Source: Candidatus Poribacteria bacterium
Lineage (GTDB): Bacteria > Poribacteria > WGA-4E > PCPOR2b
Assembly (NCBI GenBank): GCA_965208675.1
Contig: OZ242351.1
Coordinates: 2,112,001-2,176,000 of the forward strand
Direction: 5' to 3'
DNA length: 64,000 nucleotides
A program made the translations under genes and the position numbers. Positions 17,964-29,309 of this stretch are shown here, one piece after another (position 1 is the first letter of the stretch; each line of letters begins with the position of its first letter). The notes under the pieces are model-generated. The model ran no database searches, had not been told where the DNA came from, and saw only the letters and a list, made by a program, of their open reading frames with translations.

Positions 17964-19340
17964 ATGGCGAACAATCAGAGTGAATTTTCCACCGAAGATT
18001 ACCGAGAAATTGATCGGGCGCACGTTTGGCACCCGCTCTTTCAGCATGAACTTTTGAATCAGACTAATCTGATTGTGTTCAAGGAGGCGCACGGGACAAC
18101 CGTAGTTGACTCGGACGGACACGAATATTTGGATGCGTATTCAGGTTTGTGGAATGTCATCGTCGGATATGGACGGCAGGAGATTGCCCAAGCGGTGTAT
18201 GAGCAGACTCAGCAGTTGCACTACTATCCACATACGCAGATAAACATCCCCGCAACGTTACTGTCGGAACGGCTGGCTGAGCTACTTCCGGGGAACCTCA
18301 ACCACGTCTATTTCAGCAACAGCGGATCTGAAGCCAATGAAACGGCAATAAAAATTTCGCGGCAGTACGGCAGGCAAAAGTATCCCGGGCAGAACCGGTA
18401 CAAGATTATTGCACGGTACCGCGGCTATCACGGATTTACCTACGGGGCAATGTCTGCAACCGGGCAGGTGCTGCGGAAAAAACCTTTTGAACCGCTCGCG
18501 CCCGGTTTCCTGCACGTCCAGCCACCCTATTGCTATCGGTGTCCGTTTGAATTGAGTAATTCGGACTGCGCCATGTTTTGTGCGGACGAAATCGAACGAG
18601 TCATTCAGTGGGAGGGCGCGGAAACCGTCATTGCAGTAATTGCCGAACCCATCATCGGCGGCGGCGGAGTGATTGTTCCGCCGGACGACTATCTTCCAAG
18701 ACTGAGGGAAATCTGCGACCGCTATGGAATATTGCTCATCCTTGATGAAGTGATTACGGGGTTTGGAAGAACTGGCACGCTGTTCGCGTGTGAACGGTGG
18801 GGAGTGCTGCCGGACATCATTACATTGGCGAAAGGGTTGACGAGCGGCTACGTTCCGCTGGGCGCATGCGTCGTCAGCGATGAGGTCTTTGAAGGATTTC
18901 TCGGTACGCCGGAGGAGGAACGGGAATTCGCGCAAGTCTGCACGTATGCTGGGCACCCTGTGGCTTGCGCTGCGGGTTTGGCGAACCTGAAAATTATCTC
19001 AGACGAACGGTTATGGGAAAACGCCGAGCGCGTAGGAACCTACCTTCTTGACAAACTTGATACTCTGCGATCGTTGCCAGTTGTGGGAGATGTCCGAGGC
19101 AAAGGACTCATGCTGGCGATTGAGTTGGTGAAAAACGGCAAATCACATTTAGACACCGCGAAAACAAATCAGATTGTTGCGGCAGTCCGAGAAAAAGGCA
19201 TCCTAATCGGAAAAATCAGCCGCGCTGTAGATGAGCCGGAAAATATCATTTTCGTTGCCCCGCCGCTAATTCTGACGGATGAAGAGGCGGATCGCATCTT
19301 CGAAACACTCCGCGAGGTACTTGCTGATTTTAAGGGTTGA
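17964..19340 (+). CDS. Class III PLP-dependent (omega) aminotransferase
   Basis: SGLWNV..GYGR, SGSEANETA, YHG, DEVITGFGRTG and LAKGLTSGY. Confidence 0.9.
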   Translation: MANNQSEFSTEDYREIDRAHVWHPLFQHELLNQTNLIVFKEAHGTTVVDSDGHEYLDAYSGLWNVIVGYGRQEIAQAVYEQTQQLHYYPHTQINIPATLLSERLAELLPGNLNHVYFSNSGSEANETAIKISRQYGRQKYPGQNRYKIIARYRGYHGFTYGAMSATGQVLRKKPFEPLAPGFLHVQPPYCYRCPFELSNSDCAMFCADEIERVIQWEGAETVIAVIAEPIIGGGGVIVPPDDYLPRLREICDRYGILLILDEVITGFGRTGTLFACERWGVLPDIITLAKGLTSGYVPLGACVVSDEVFEGFLGTPEEEREFAQVCTYAGHPVACAAGLANLKIISDERLWENAERVGTYLLDKLDTLRSLPVVGDVRGKGLMLAIELVKNGKSHLDTAKTNQIVAAVREKGILIGKISRAVDEPENIIFVAPPLILTDEEADRIFETLREVLADFKG

Positions 19341-19404
19341 TAGAGATTCACAATCCTACGGCAATTTTTCGCGATAAACAACTGTCCCTGACGGCTTTTC
19401 ACGA

Positions 19405-19498
19405 TGGCGGGAGAGGGTGGGAGTCGAACCCACCTACCCACTTGCATGGGCAAGCTGGTTTTGAAGACCAGTAGAGCCACCGGACCCTATCCTCTCCC
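19405..19498 (-). tRNA. selC: tRNA-Sec (anticodon UCA)
   Basis: 94 nt. 8-bp acceptor GGGAGAGG/CCTCTCCC with G discriminator and CCA, anticodon arm CTGGT-CTTCAAA-ACCAG, long variable arm, GTTCGA T-loop, and position right after selB. Confidence 0.95.
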
Positions 19499-19552
19499 AA
19501 AATGAACGGTTAACATTGGACGCACGAGCGCCGTGTTAGTGTGCGTAACGGA

Positions 19553-21478
19553 TTATGAACTCTTTTGCGGAGATTTCCGCAGACGGCGGTGGTTTCCCTC
19601 GCGAATCGTGAACCCTTTGCCGTCGCAGTATTCCAAGAACGGCACGGCATATTTGCGGCTAGTCTGCGCAAACTCCCGAAATTCAGCGACGGTAATCACG
19701 GGTTTTTCTTCGAGATAACGGGAAAGCAGATTCATGGTGTTTTCTAAAGTCCGGATATGGACAAAGAAGTCATCTGCAATCTTGACAAGTTGTCCAAGAT
19801 TTACGAGCGCGTAGAATGTCTCTCGAACCGATTGCGCGGAATATTCCGGAAGTTGCTCGGTTAGCGCTTTCATATTGGGGACGTTTATTCCTGCATCCAA
19901 AAAGGCGGCTTCAACTTTCTCTTTGATTGCCTCCTCTTGTTCAGTGAATTGGATCTGATGGGACGCCAAACGCAGGAGATTTCCGTCTTTAACGACCCGC
20001 TTCTGCCGGATTAAATCTCCCACAATCTTCTCGAAAGCAATTTCATCAAGGTCAAGTTGTAGACGGAGTTGCGCCGTGTTCTGACCGGGTGCGAGCGGCG
20101 TCTCTGCGTGGAAACCCTCCAAGGCGTTGATGAGATTAGTTTGCGCCCTTTGCAATCGATCCCTAGCGGCAATAAGCCGGCTGCCACCGTTCCAACGCGT
20201 TATTTTAAGCTCACGTTCCAGCGCTTTCAGGATTTTTTCCATCGTTGAATTCGGATGGCTGAGATAATACCGCAGAGAGTCTTCCGACAAGCAGAGTTCA
20301 CTCCTTTGCGCTAGCAGCAGATTTATCACGCCGACATCGTCAGCCATTTTCCATTGATTGAGCGTTTGTGCAGTCGCTTTCGCAAACCGCTTGTGGCGCG
20401 GCGCAAACGGATTTATCACCGTACCACCTCCGACGGTATACTGCGATGCGAAATCGCGGACGATAAGCCGATCTCCCCTGAATGTGAGAATTGGCTTCTC
20501 TAAGCGCAATTGGATTTGCGCCGTATCGCCCGGCAAAACCGCTTCATCCACAAGCAGTATCGCCCGACAAAACGCTTCGCTTGTACCGAGATAAAACCGC
20601 AGCCGCGTCCAGTGTTCTAACATTCGCGGAAAGGACGACAGCACATGGAGTGAAACATCAATGTTATCCGTCACGCTTGACAAGCCGATTGTGCAAAGCA
20701 CATCTCCGCGGCGAATTTCTTCCGTCGTAATGCCCGAAAGGTTCAATGCGGTCCGCTGTCCGGCGTGCGCTTCGTCCGCTGGACGATTGTGAACTTGTAT
20801 ACCGCGCACACGAATTTCGCGCCCCTGCGGCAATATCATAAGCCGTTGTTCGCGGTGTATGGAACCGTCAATCAGCGTTCCGGTAACGACGGCGCCAAAC
20901 CCCGGCATGGTAAAAATCCGATCCACATAGAGGCGTGGAATACCGTTGCGGCTCCCTTTTCCTGCAACAGCTCTTACTCTATCGACAATTGCCTGCTTAA
21001 GGCGGGCGACGCCTTCTTCCGTCTCAGCCGATACTTGCACAGTCGGTGCGCCTTCAAGCGCGGTACCCGCCAACATCTCTTGTGCCATCTCGGTAGATTC
21101 AGCTAAATCTTCCGCCGTCACCAGATCAATTTTGGTCATCACCAATATGCCGGTTGAGATGCCGAGGAGATCGAGAATTTCCAAGTGTTCCAAGGTCTGC
21201 TCCTGTACACCCTCCTTCGCATCCACGACTAGCAGCACAACGTCCATTCCGTAAGCGCCCGAGAGCATATTCCGGATGAACCTTTCATGCCCTGGCACGT
21301 CCACGATTCCGGCGCGTGAACCGTCGGGGAGGTCGAAATAGGCAAACCCCAACTCGACTGACAGTCCTCGTTCTTGTTCCTCTTTGAGCCGGTCGGTTTC
21401 GATTCCTGTGAGTGCGCGAATGAGCGCTGTTTTGCCGTGGTCGACATGTCCGGCGGTGCCGATGATGACGTGCCGCAT
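19553..21478 (-). CDS. selB: Selenocysteine-specific elongation factor
   Basis: [19 protein letters not shown], and C-terminal winged helix [11 protein letters not shown]. Confidence 0.97.
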   Translation of the reverse strand: MRHVIIGTAGHVDHGKTALIRALTGIETDRLKEEQERGLSVELGFAYFDLPDGSRAGIVDVPGHERFIRNMLSGAYGMDVVLLVVDAKEGVQEQTLEHLEILDLLGISTGILVMTKIDLVTAEDLAESTEMAQEMLAGTALEGAPTVQVSAETEEGVARLKQAIVDRVRAVAGKGSRNGIPRLYVDRIFTMPGFGAVVTGTLIDGSIHREQRLMILPQGREIRVRGIQVHNRPADEAHAGQRTALNLSGITTEEIRRGDVLCTIGLSSVTDNIDVSLHVLSSFPRMLEHWTRLRFYLGTSEAFCRAILLVDEAVLPGDTAQIQLRLEKPILTFRGDRLIVRDFASQYTVGGGTVINPFAPRHKRFAKATAQTLNQWKMADDVGVINLLLAQRSELCLSEDSLRYYLSHPNSTMEKILKALERELKITRWNGGSRLIAARDRLQRAQTNLINALEGFHAETPLAPGQNTAQLRLQLDLDEIAFEKIVGDLIRQKRVVKDGNLLRLASHQIQFTEQEEAIKEKVEAAFLDAGINVPNMKALTEQLPEYSAQSVRETFYALVNLGQLVKIADDFFVHIRTLENTMNLLSRYLEEKPVITVAEFREFAQTSRKYAVPFLEYCDGKGFTIREGNHRRLRKSPQKSS

Positions 21479-21482
21479 AGCG

Positions 21483-22922
21483 TTATCCTGAATTACAGCT
21501 CAGGCCTCCCATGACATTTTTGGCCGCATCGGCGATACAATCCAGTTCCTGCTCGCCAATCGTTCGAACGTCCATCCAAAACCGATTATCCTGCGTTCGA
21601 CCGATTATCGGCCTTGACTGAGTGCGGAAACTGGCAGCGAGCGCTTCCGCGGAGGTGTGTTTCGACTCCAAGACTACTGCGAGGCTGGGTAAAGTTTCAA
21701 TCGGGAGCGAACCGCTGCCAATCTGTGCGTGACTCTCTTCGATTGCGACAGCCATCTCTTCACCAAAGACTTGCCGTAGGCACATTTCTAATTTTTCGGC
21801 AACCGTTCGTAGCTCATGCATTGATCGTGTACAGCGGTAAAGCATAGGGAGGTTATCGATTAGGCTGTCTTCATTGAGATAGAGACGTAAAGTCGCTTCG
21901 AGCGCGGCGATTGTCAGTTTTCCGACGCGGAACGCCCGCATCAGCGGATTTTTACGAATTTGCTGGATTAAATTCGATTTACCGGCGATAATCCCCGCCT
22001 GCGGACCGCCGAGCAGCTTATCTCCGCTAAATGTTAGGATATCGACGCCCGCCTCAATGCGCTCACGAACGACTGGCTCATAAGGTAAATTGTACTTGGT
22101 CAAATCGATTAGCGATCCGCTGCCGAGATCTTCCATGGTTGGGATGTCATTCCGATGCCCAAGTTCGGCGACCTCTTCTATGCTTGGTGCGGCGGTAAAG
22201 CCGACGATTTTGTAGTTGCTTGGATGCACTTTCAGGAGGAGTGCCGTATTCTCGTTGATTGCATTTTCGTAATCCTTAAGATGGGTCCGGTTCGTCGTGC
22301 CCACTTCCCTCAGGATTGCCCCACTGGCTTCCATTACATCGGGAATTCGAAATGCACCGCCGATTTCAATCAATTCTCCGCGCGAGACGATGACCTCCTT
22401 GCCTCGCCCCAATGTGTTCAACGTCAGTAAAACTGCCGCGGCGTTGTTGTTAACGACGGTTGACGCGCCACAGCCGGTCAACCGCTGAAGAATAGGTTCA
22501 GTGATAAGATCACGGTGTCCACGATTTCCACTCTCAAGATTGTACTCTAGGTTGACATAGTTACTGGCGGTTTGACGAATCCCTTCACACGCGGATGTGC
22601 TGAGAAGCGATCTACCAAGATTGGTGTGGATGATTGTCCCGGTCACGTTTATTACAGGCAGGATAGAGGAAGCGGTCATGGCTTCAAGTTTAGTGCGCGT
22701 AATACCGGCAAGTTGCGCATCATCGGGTACATGCGAGATTTCACTCTTGGCGAGAATTTGTGTACGAATCTCCGCAACCACTGAACGCAGCGTTTCGGTG
22801 ACGAGATCTCGGGAATACTGTTCCTGAATGTCGAGAAACAATCCACGAACCAACAACTGCTCAATGGCAGGTATGCGGCGTAAAGCGGCATGTTGTTTTT
22901 CGGTCAGGTCATTTTCGGTCAT
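21483..22922 (-). CDS. selA: L-seryl-tRNA(Sec) selenium transferase
   Basis: [28 protein letters not shown] and [11 protein letters not shown]. Confidence 0.97.
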   Translation of the reverse strand: MTENDLTEKQHAALRRIPAIEQLLVRGLFLDIQEQYSRDLVTETLRSVVAEIRTQILAKSEISHVPDDAQLAGITRTKLEAMTASSILPVINVTGTIIHTNLGRSLLSTSACEGIRQTASNYVNLEYNLESGNRGHRDLITEPILQRLTGCGASTVVNNNAAAVLLTLNTLGRGKEVIVSRGELIEIGGAFRIPDVMEASGAILREVGTTNRTHLKDYENAINENTALLLKVHPSNYKIVGFTAAPSIEEVAELGHRNDIPTMEDLGSGSLIDLTKYNLPYEPVVRERIEAGVDILTFSGDKLLGGPQAGIIAGKSNLIQQIRKNPLMRAFRVGKLTIAALEATLRLYLNEDSLIDNLPMLYRCTRSMHELRTVAEKLEMCLRQVFGEEMAVAIEESHAQIGSGSLPIETLPSLAVVLESKHTSAEALAASFRTQSRPIIGRTQDNRFWMDVRTIGEQELDCIADAAKNVMGGLSCNSG

Positions 22923-23260
22923 TTGTGATTGAGGGGATACAAGGGGTGCGAATCCAAATTGTCAGCGCTCGTTTAGAATACGGTGATTATCCCTTTTAGG
23001 AGTGGCAATGGCATTTTAGGGCTTCAATATTATATAATATTTCGGTGCATTAAACAACCAAGTAACTCCACTGCCGTAGACCTTGTACTGACCTTCTCGT
23101 ATGGGTCCGTCCGGGAATATGGGTTTACCGATAGCAGCGCTGTGTGCTATAATATGGCTGTCTTCAACCAAATAGATGCGGGATTTTTGAAGACTAGCTG
23201 CGAGTAAAATCACATTATTCCGGGCACCTATGTTCCAGTATCTTACTGACGGATAAACCG

Positions 23261-23569
23261 ATGGGCATACAATTTTTTGTTGTTTTTGCGCTATCAATTA
23301 TTTTCCTATCCATAGGGGTGACCGGGTGCCGTGACTTCGCTTCCGTAATTTGGGATAATGGAACACCCAAGCTGAGTTTCGTTTCGAATACCTCAGCGAT
23401 TATCCAGTGTGCACTTGGGTTTTTACTATTTTTAATCAGTCTGTACGTTATGGGATTCTTTCTGTATCTTGAGGAGCGGGAAAGCGGCCGAATTATGAAA
23501 AACATCAGGAGTTTCGTGAAGCTCAGGGAGTTTCTTGAACGACATCAGAAAGAGGAAACTAGGGAATGA
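23261..23569 (+). CDS. Small hypothetical membrane protein (2 predicted TM segments)
   Basis: Two hydrophobic stretches and a charged tail, directly upstream of hemE. Confidence 0.45.
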   Translation: MGIQFFVVFALSIIFLSIGVTGCRDFASVIWDNGTPKLSFVSNTSAIIQCALGFLLFLISLYVMGFFLYLEERESGRIMKNIRSFVKLREFLERHQKEETRE

Positions 23570-23584
23570 GGATATGGAAAAATC

Positions 23585-24712
23585 ATGAACCCGCCTTCAA
23601 CGCAAAAACGATTCGCCCACCCGCCAAAAAACGACCTCCTGCTTCGTGCTGCACGCCGTCTTCCGGTTGAACGGGTGCCCGTCTGGATGATGCGGCAGGC
23701 CGGACGTTCAGATCCGGCTTATCGGGCACTACGTAACCGCCTACAACTCCCTTTGGAGCAGTTGTTTCGGGATGTCGAGCGAGCGATTGAAATTTCGCTA
23801 TTGCCGCAACGTATTGGCGTTGATGCAATCATCATGTATCAGGATATTCTTACCCCGCTCACCCCGATGGGGGCGCACTTCCAATTCGCTCCGGGCCCCG
23901 TGTTGACGACACCGATTCGATCGCGAGCACAAGTCGAGGCGTTACGACCGGTGCAGCCGCCGTCAGAATTGAAATTTGTAGGGGAAATCTTGAACGGGTT
24001 GCGTCAGAGTTTAGCTGGCCAATTACCGGTAGTCGGTTTTGCCGGCGCCCCGTTGACGCTGGCATTTTTTATGGTTGCCGGCAAAAGCCCCATGAATCCG
24101 GGAAATGGAGTCTCTAATGCGGCGAGCCCTGTGTTTCAGTTTATGCGTGAGGAACCGCGTCTTTTTCATAATTTATTGGAACGCCTGACACGGCTGACGA
24201 TTGATTATCTCAACTACCAGATTTCAGAAGGTGCGCAAGCGGTGCAACTCTTTGAATCCATCGCGGATATTATCGATCGTATGTGCTATGAAACCTTTGT
24301 TCAGCCTTATCACGAACAGATTTTCGCTGAGTTAAATTCGAATTCGATATCTATTCTATTTTCGAAGGAATGTCCTCATTTAGATCTCATGCTAAAAGCC
24401 GGTGCGGACGTATTGAGCGTCGGCACATGCGTAAATCTCGCAAAAGCGCAGGCGCAAGCTGCGGGGGAAGCCGCGTTTCAAGGAAACGTGGATAATAAAA
24501 CCTTACGAGACGGTACTGCCGATGACATTACGGCTGCTGTCAACCGATGCTTGGAAGAAGGCGGCAAAATTGGGCATATCCTAAACCTCAGCCACGGACT
24601 TTTCCGCGATACTCCATTTGAAAATGTGAAACATTTTGTGAAGGCCGCCAAAGCGTATGATTGGAACAATGAAACCGCCAAAAAACATAGCCATTTTGAG
24701 GCAAGTACATGA
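23585..24712 (+). CDS. hemE: Uroporphyrinogen decarboxylase
   Basis: PVWMMRQAGR, DILTPL, GFAGAPLTLA and ILNLSHG. Confidence 0.95.
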   Translation: MNPPSTQKRFAHPPKNDLLLRAARRLPVERVPVWMMRQAGRSDPAYRALRNRLQLPLEQLFRDVERAIEISLLPQRIGVDAIIMYQDILTPLTPMGAHFQFAPGPVLTTPIRSRAQVEALRPVQPPSELKFVGEILNGLRQSLAGQLPVVGFAGAPLTLAFFMVAGKSPMNPGNGVSNAASPVFQFMREEPRLFHNLLERLTRLTIDYLNYQISEGAQAVQLFESIADIIDRMCYETFVQPYHEQIFAELNSNSISILFSKECPHLDLMLKAGADVLSVGTCVNLAKAQAQAAGEAAFQGNVDNKTLRDGTADDITAAVNRCLEEGGKIGHILNLSHGLFRDTPFENVKHFVKAAKAYDWNNETAKKHSHFEAST

Positions 24713-26166
24713 TATCACCCCGAGAAAATCCCTTTGCCCCAAGAGTTTATGGGAACCTCGAAAAGGTCACTGACCGTGTTTATCTCTTTCGGAATATTGT
24801 CAATTCATCAATTGTTATCGGTGAAAACGGGGCGGCTGTGATTGATACGCAAGTCAATCAACCGATGGCTCGCCGCTTGCTTCAGGCGGTTCGTACTGTA
24901 ACCGACAAACCGATTCTTTACACGATTAATACGCATTACCACTGGGACCACACCAATGGGAATATCGTCTTCCACAACGAGGGGTCAACGATTCTCTCAA
25001 GGGCAATGACAAAAGAATTCATCGTCAACCGAGCCCCCCGGCAAAAAGCGTTCCTCCAATCGCGCGGGTTTGAATTGGGCGATGATCCCTATCTGCCCGA
25101 TGAGACCTTCTCAATGGAAACGGAAATCGATCTCGGCGGTCAGCCAATCCATCTCATTCACCTCGGCAAAGCAGAAACCGATGATGCCACTGCGGTTCGA
25201 ATCCCTAGGGAAGGCTGTATCGTTTCTGGCGATACAATCATGACGGGCAGCTTTCCCATTTTTGGTCAACCGGTGATGAATGAAGGGTTAACGGCAAATC
25301 ATGATTGGATTAATACGATTCGGGAGTTGAGAGAATATGGGCCGAAACATGTGTTGCCGGGGCATGGTCCACTCGCGTATGACGAGGAGATTGATTTATT
25401 GATACAGATTGAGGCTTATTTCCTCAAGGAGGTCGAGTTGCGAGTTGAGCGCGGCATGAAGTTGCCTGAACTCATGGCAGATTTGGAAAGTGCATTGCCC
25501 GGCTGGATTACACAAATCGCTGAAGTCTGGGGAACACCCCGTTATGCCATCCTGCGCGTGTATCGAGGCCTGATTGACGATTCGGAGCCGGGTTGGCAAC
25601 ACCTGAAACCCTCGGCGATTCCTTCGGCAGATAAAACTGCAGTCGAGGCAAGAACGGTTGGGCTTGAGAATTACGAAGGATACCGCCAAGCGTCTGAAGA
25701 GGCGGAGGAAGGCGGTGATGTCGGATTGGCGGTTGAGATGCTGCGTGAGTCGACACAACGGTATCCCGACAAACCCGCCGCATGGGTGGAACTTGCCGAA
25801 CTGTTGTATCGGAGCGCCCGAAGTATATCTAGTATCTTAGAAAAGGGAGATTTTTTCACGGAGGCGAAAACCGCCATAAGAAAAGCGTTGGAATTAGACC
25901 CGACCTATGCCCCGGCACTGCTCTTGATTGGGCAGTCACTCATTATAACTGCACATCGTAATGGGGACGATCCAACGCCTGGATTGCGGTATATTCGTCG
26001 AGCGTTGGATTTGAACCTCACAGATGCACAACACGCTCAAGCCAACTTTTGTATTGGACTTGCGCACCGCACCAATGGTGATGAAACGCAGGCGAAAGCC
26101 TTTTTTGCCAAAGCCGTTGCGGCGGATGCGAAGTTTATTCCGGCTCAGTTGGCGAATATCGCTTGA
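24709..26166 (+). CDS. MBL-fold metallo-hydrolase fused to C-terminal TPR repeats
   Basis: NTHYHWDHTNGN, SGD and PGHG, followed by TPR-like helices. ATGA overlap with hemE. Confidence 0.8.
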   Translation: MISPRENPFAPRVYGNLEKVTDRVYLFRNIVNSSIVIGENGAAVIDTQVNQPMARRLLQAVRTVTDKPILYTINTHYHWDHTNGNIVFHNEGSTILSRAMTKEFIVNRAPRQKAFLQSRGFELGDDPYLPDETFSMETEIDLGGQPIHLIHLGKAETDDATAVRIPREGCIVSGDTIMTGSFPIFGQPVMNEGLTANHDWINTIRELREYGPKHVLPGHGPLAYDEEIDLLIQIEAYFLKEVELRVERGMKLPELMADLESALPGWITQIAEVWGTPRYAILRVYRGLIDDSEPGWQHLKPSAIPSADKTAVEARTVGLENYEGYRQASEEAEEGGDVGLAVEMLRESTQRYPDKPAAWVELAELLYRSARSISSILEKGDFFTEAKTAIRKALELDPTYAPALLLIGQSLIITAHRNGDDPTPGLRYIRRALDLNLTDAQHAQANFCIGLAHRTNGDETQAKAFFAKAVAADAKFIPAQLANIA

Positions 26167-26229
26167 ACTAACCACTACGCCAACTTCATCAAATACTCCT
26201 AAAATTTAACGTAAAGAGAAAATAACAGA

Positions 26230-27192
26230 ATGACCATTGCCAACGGATTTGATAGTATATTATTGATTGCATTTGGCGGTCCAACACCCGGATGCTGCAA
26301 AAAATATGACGCCTGCCCAGGAGAAGCGCACTGTTTCGTTGAGGGAATTGTCGGGACATCTGAGTCGCAGGCCGATCGGCTCAGAGAGGTTGCCAGCCAC
26401 TACACGGCGCTCGGCGGTTTTTCTCCTTTTAACGAGCTAACGTTCAAACAGGCTCGCGCACTTGAAACGACTCTACAAAATGGCGGTATTGATATTCCCG
26501 TTTACGCCGGGTTTCGGCACTGGACGCCGTACATTCGCGAAGTCATAGCGGCGATGGAAGAGAAGAAGCATAGTAGTATTCTTGGCATCATCATGGCGCC
26601 CCACCAGTCCAAAGTAAGCTGGGATTGGTATCAGCAGACAGTTAGAGAAGCGATTGATGCGATAGATGCGCAGTTAACAATCAGTTATTTAGATCCCTGG
26701 TATACGAATCCAGGCTACATTCAAGCTATTACAAACGAAATTAAAGTTGCCTGTCAACACCTGTCGAAGGACGGCTTCGATAACGCGTCTTTGATTTTTA
26801 CGGCACATGCTGTGCCGCAATCTGTGGCGAAAGCCTCGCCATATATCCAGCAGTTCGCGGAAACTGCGAGGGTTGCAGCTACCCTCATTGGCAAGAAGGA
26901 CTACAATCTGGCATATCAGAGCCAAGCCGAAAATGCGAAGATTCCTTGGACGCAGCCCGATATCAATGACCTGATTCGCGAAAAAAAACAGGCAGGCGTT
27001 AGTGACGTTATTGTGTCTCCGATTGGGTTCTTGTGCGATCACGTCGAGGTACTCTACGACCTAGACATAGAAGCCAGAACGACTGCCGAGGAATGTGGAA
27101 TGCGGTTTATCCGCGCCAAGACAGTCGGCGATCATCCCGAATTTATCAGTATGCTCGCGGAACTTGTACGCGAACGATGCAGCACGGTTTAA
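26230..27192 (+). CDS. hemH: Ferrochelatase (possibly coproporphyrin ferrochelatase)
   Basis: LLIAFGGP, HY..LGGFSP, FTAHAVP, AYQS, WTQPD and GFLCDHVEVLYDLDIE. Confidence 0.92.
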   Translation: MTIANGFDSILLIAFGGPTPGCCKKYDACPGEAHCFVEGIVGTSESQADRLREVASHYTALGGFSPFNELTFKQARALETTLQNGGIDIPVYAGFRHWTPYIREVIAAMEEKKHSSILGIIMAPHQSKVSWDWYQQTVREAIDAIDAQLTISYLDPWYTNPGYIQAITNEIKVACQHLSKDGFDNASLIFTAHAVPQSVAKASPYIQQFAETARVAATLIGKKDYNLAYQSQAENAKIPWTQPDINDLIREKKQAGVSDVIVSPIGFLCDHVEVLYDLDIEARTTAEECGMRFIRAKTVGDHPEFISMLAELVRERCSTV

Positions 27193-27214
27193 CGACAAAC
27201 ACGGAGGTAATAAA

Positions 27215-28444
27215 ATGAGCGAAAGGCGCAAACCTTATGTCTTTGTAACACTCGAGGGGCCAGATGACGGCGGCGATTTTGGCCCGAACACACCGGGCAC
27301 CAAAACGAGCGGCCTTCAAGAGGCGATAAACTACGCGCATGAAAACTGTAGAGATGTATATATCTACGGCGGCCGAGGCGGCATGCATAAAGGAGAGGGC
27401 ATCAACCTTAACGTTTATACGCTTGAGGAAACGTTGAAAATTCCTTGGAGCCAGGATTTCCGATTGGATGGCGGTAATTACTTGCTATCATATCCAAAAA
27501 GCACCGGCGATGCTATACAAATCGACAGCCAAATGAACTGCAGATACAAGTTTGGCCTCATTGCCAGCGCCACCGAAGACGCGGCGGTGCGTTTTAAACC
27601 GGAAACCCCGGGACCTGATGATTTTGTTGTAATCACCGCCAGCGTATTTGATTTTTCAGCAGCATGCTCGCGCGGCACGGGTATTTTGATCGACACGTCC
27701 GAGGGACCGATTATCAATAGCAAAATTTTCGCCGAAGAAACAAACACCTTTAAAAACGGGGTCTATATACGCGATGACGGTACGGGGAAAGGGGCTTTTA
27801 GCAATAATTGGTTACAAGTAATGTTTACGAACCAATGCCACGCTACCGAAGACGCCATTGGATTCCGCATAGGGGACCCCGGATCTAGCAAAATTGCCCA
27901 TAACCGTTTTTTTTCGTCTCTACATGCGCCCACGGGTGTGTATTTTGATGAAGAGACAAAAAGGTTTACGACCCCGGAAGTATTTGAACCGTCACCGGGT
28001 GCGATTGGGGCGGATATTTTCGCCCAAAATAACCGCTTCGAATTTGCGTTCCATGGTAGTAGAGCGCCGGGAAATGACGTTGTGTTTGAAGAGGAGGCGA
28101 GAAACAACACGGTTTCTGTTTGGAATCTGCCGCACGGCATTACAAATAAGGCTAAGATTCCGACTAATCGAATCATACAGAATGAGCCTGTCGGTTTTAA
28201 CGTTTCCACGCCTGCGATTCCGGCTTCAGGAACGTACCTCGTAAACACTTCCGCTTATCTCGTGGAGGTATTCATTCTATCGCCGGGCCAAGTTGTAGAT
28301 TGGACAATTGTAGACGGCGTTGGTAACGCGCAAACACTGTCAGCCGGGCTTTTCGCCGGTCAAACATTTCTCCTAGAGCCGGGCGACAAAGTCAAGTTCA
28401 ACTATACCGACGCCCCAACTTGGCGCTGGAGAGCGTTCAGGTAA
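27215..28444 (+). CDS. Hypothetical protein, probable right-handed beta-helix
   Basis: GGAGG RBS before ATG 27215. TSGLQEAINYA resembles the N-cap helix of pectin-lyase-like folds, followed by an Asn-rich beta pattern. Confidence 0.5.
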   Translation: MSERRKPYVFVTLEGPDDGGDFGPNTPGTKTSGLQEAINYAHENCRDVYIYGGRGGMHKGEGINLNVYTLEETLKIPWSQDFRLDGGNYLLSYPKSTGDAIQIDSQMNCRYKFGLIASATEDAAVRFKPETPGPDDFVVITASVFDFSAACSRGTGILIDTSEGPIINSKIFAEETNTFKNGVYIRDDGTGKGAFSNNWLQVMFTNQCHATEDAIGFRIGDPGSSKIAHNRFFSSLHAPTGVYFDEETKRFTTPEVFEPSPGAIGADIFAQNNRFEFAFHGSRAPGNDVVFEEEARNNTVSVWNLPHGITNKAKIPTNRIIQNEPVGFNVSTPAIPASGTYLVNTSAYLVEVFILSPGQVVDWTIVDGVGNAQTLSAGLFAGQTFLLEPGDKVKFNYTDAPTWRWRAFR

Positions 28445-28486
28445 AGATTAAGAATACCGGCAGTGTTACGCTGAGAGGAAAGCGGC

Positions 28487-29272
28487 ATGACCAGGGTCAA
28501 GCAATCTGCGGCGGCATGGTGTTTTGTTCGAAACGGCGTTACCCCGGAGCAGTTTATCCAAGGCGCGGCCGAGATTGGCCTGTCAGCGGTTGAGATGATT
28601 GATCAAAAATACTGGCCGTTGGCGAAATCGCTCGGACTTCGGATTGCGATTATCTACCGTTCAGGGTTCCGATCGGGTCAACCGGTGCACTCAATCGGGC
28701 TAAACAGGCGCGAAAACCACGGTTGGTTAGGTCAAGAGCTTATCGAATACATAAAACTCGCGGCTGAAAACGACGTTCTAGGCGTAATCTGTTTCGCCGG
28801 AAACCGGTACGACGACATCTCCGATGAAGAAGGAATCGATATTACGGCGGAAGGATTGCGCCGGATTATTGGGGTTGCAGAGGAGAAAGGGGTGAATCTC
28901 TGCCTGGAACTGCTCAATAGCAAGATTGATTGCCCCGGATACCAGTGCGACCGTGTCAAATGGGGTGCATCGGTTTGTGAGCGCGTGAACTCGCCGCGGA
29001 TGAAACTTCTCTTTGACATCTACCATATGCAGATTATGGAGGGAGATCTCATCCGAAATATTAAGGAGAACATCCAGCATATCGGGCACTTCCACATCGC
29101 AGGGAACCCTGGGCGGCGGGATACGGACGAGACACAAGAGATTAACTGCCGGGCTGTGATACAAGCTATCGCTGAGACCGGCTACGACCTATATGTTAGC
29201 CACGAATTCATCCCCAAGGACGATCCGATTCAAGGGTTGAGAGCGGCGTTTAACCGGTGCGATTTGGGTTAG
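28487..29272 (+). CDS. Hydroxypyruvate isomerase family TIM-barrel protein
   Basis: LELLNSK, LLFDIYHMQIMEGD, HIAGNPGR and HEFIP. Confidence 0.85.
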   Translation: MTRVKQSAAAWCFVRNGVTPEQFIQGAAEIGLSAVEMIDQKYWPLAKSLGLRIAIIYRSGFRSGQPVHSIGLNRRENHGWLGQELIEYIKLAAENDVLGVICFAGNRYDDISDEEGIDITAEGLRRIIGVAEEKGVNLCLELLNSKIDCPGYQCDRVKWGASVCERVNSPRMKLLFDIYHMQIMEGDLIRNIKENIQHIGHFHIAGNPGRRDTDETQEINCRAVIQAIAETGYDLYVSHEFIPKDDPIQGLRAAFNRCDLG

Positions 29273-29309
29273 GTTTTAAGCCGATGAGAAGCGGTTACGG
29301 AGAGACACA

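Noticed and set aside
19405-19498. selC as an integration site for an island
   Set aside because: No duplicated tRNA 3' end or integrase was seen in the window.
23567-23587. TGA of the small membrane ORF is in frame with hemE (possible Sec readthrough)
   Set aside because: There is no redox motif context or SECIS-like hairpin, and hemE has its own RBS-like GAGGA and a complete N-terminus.
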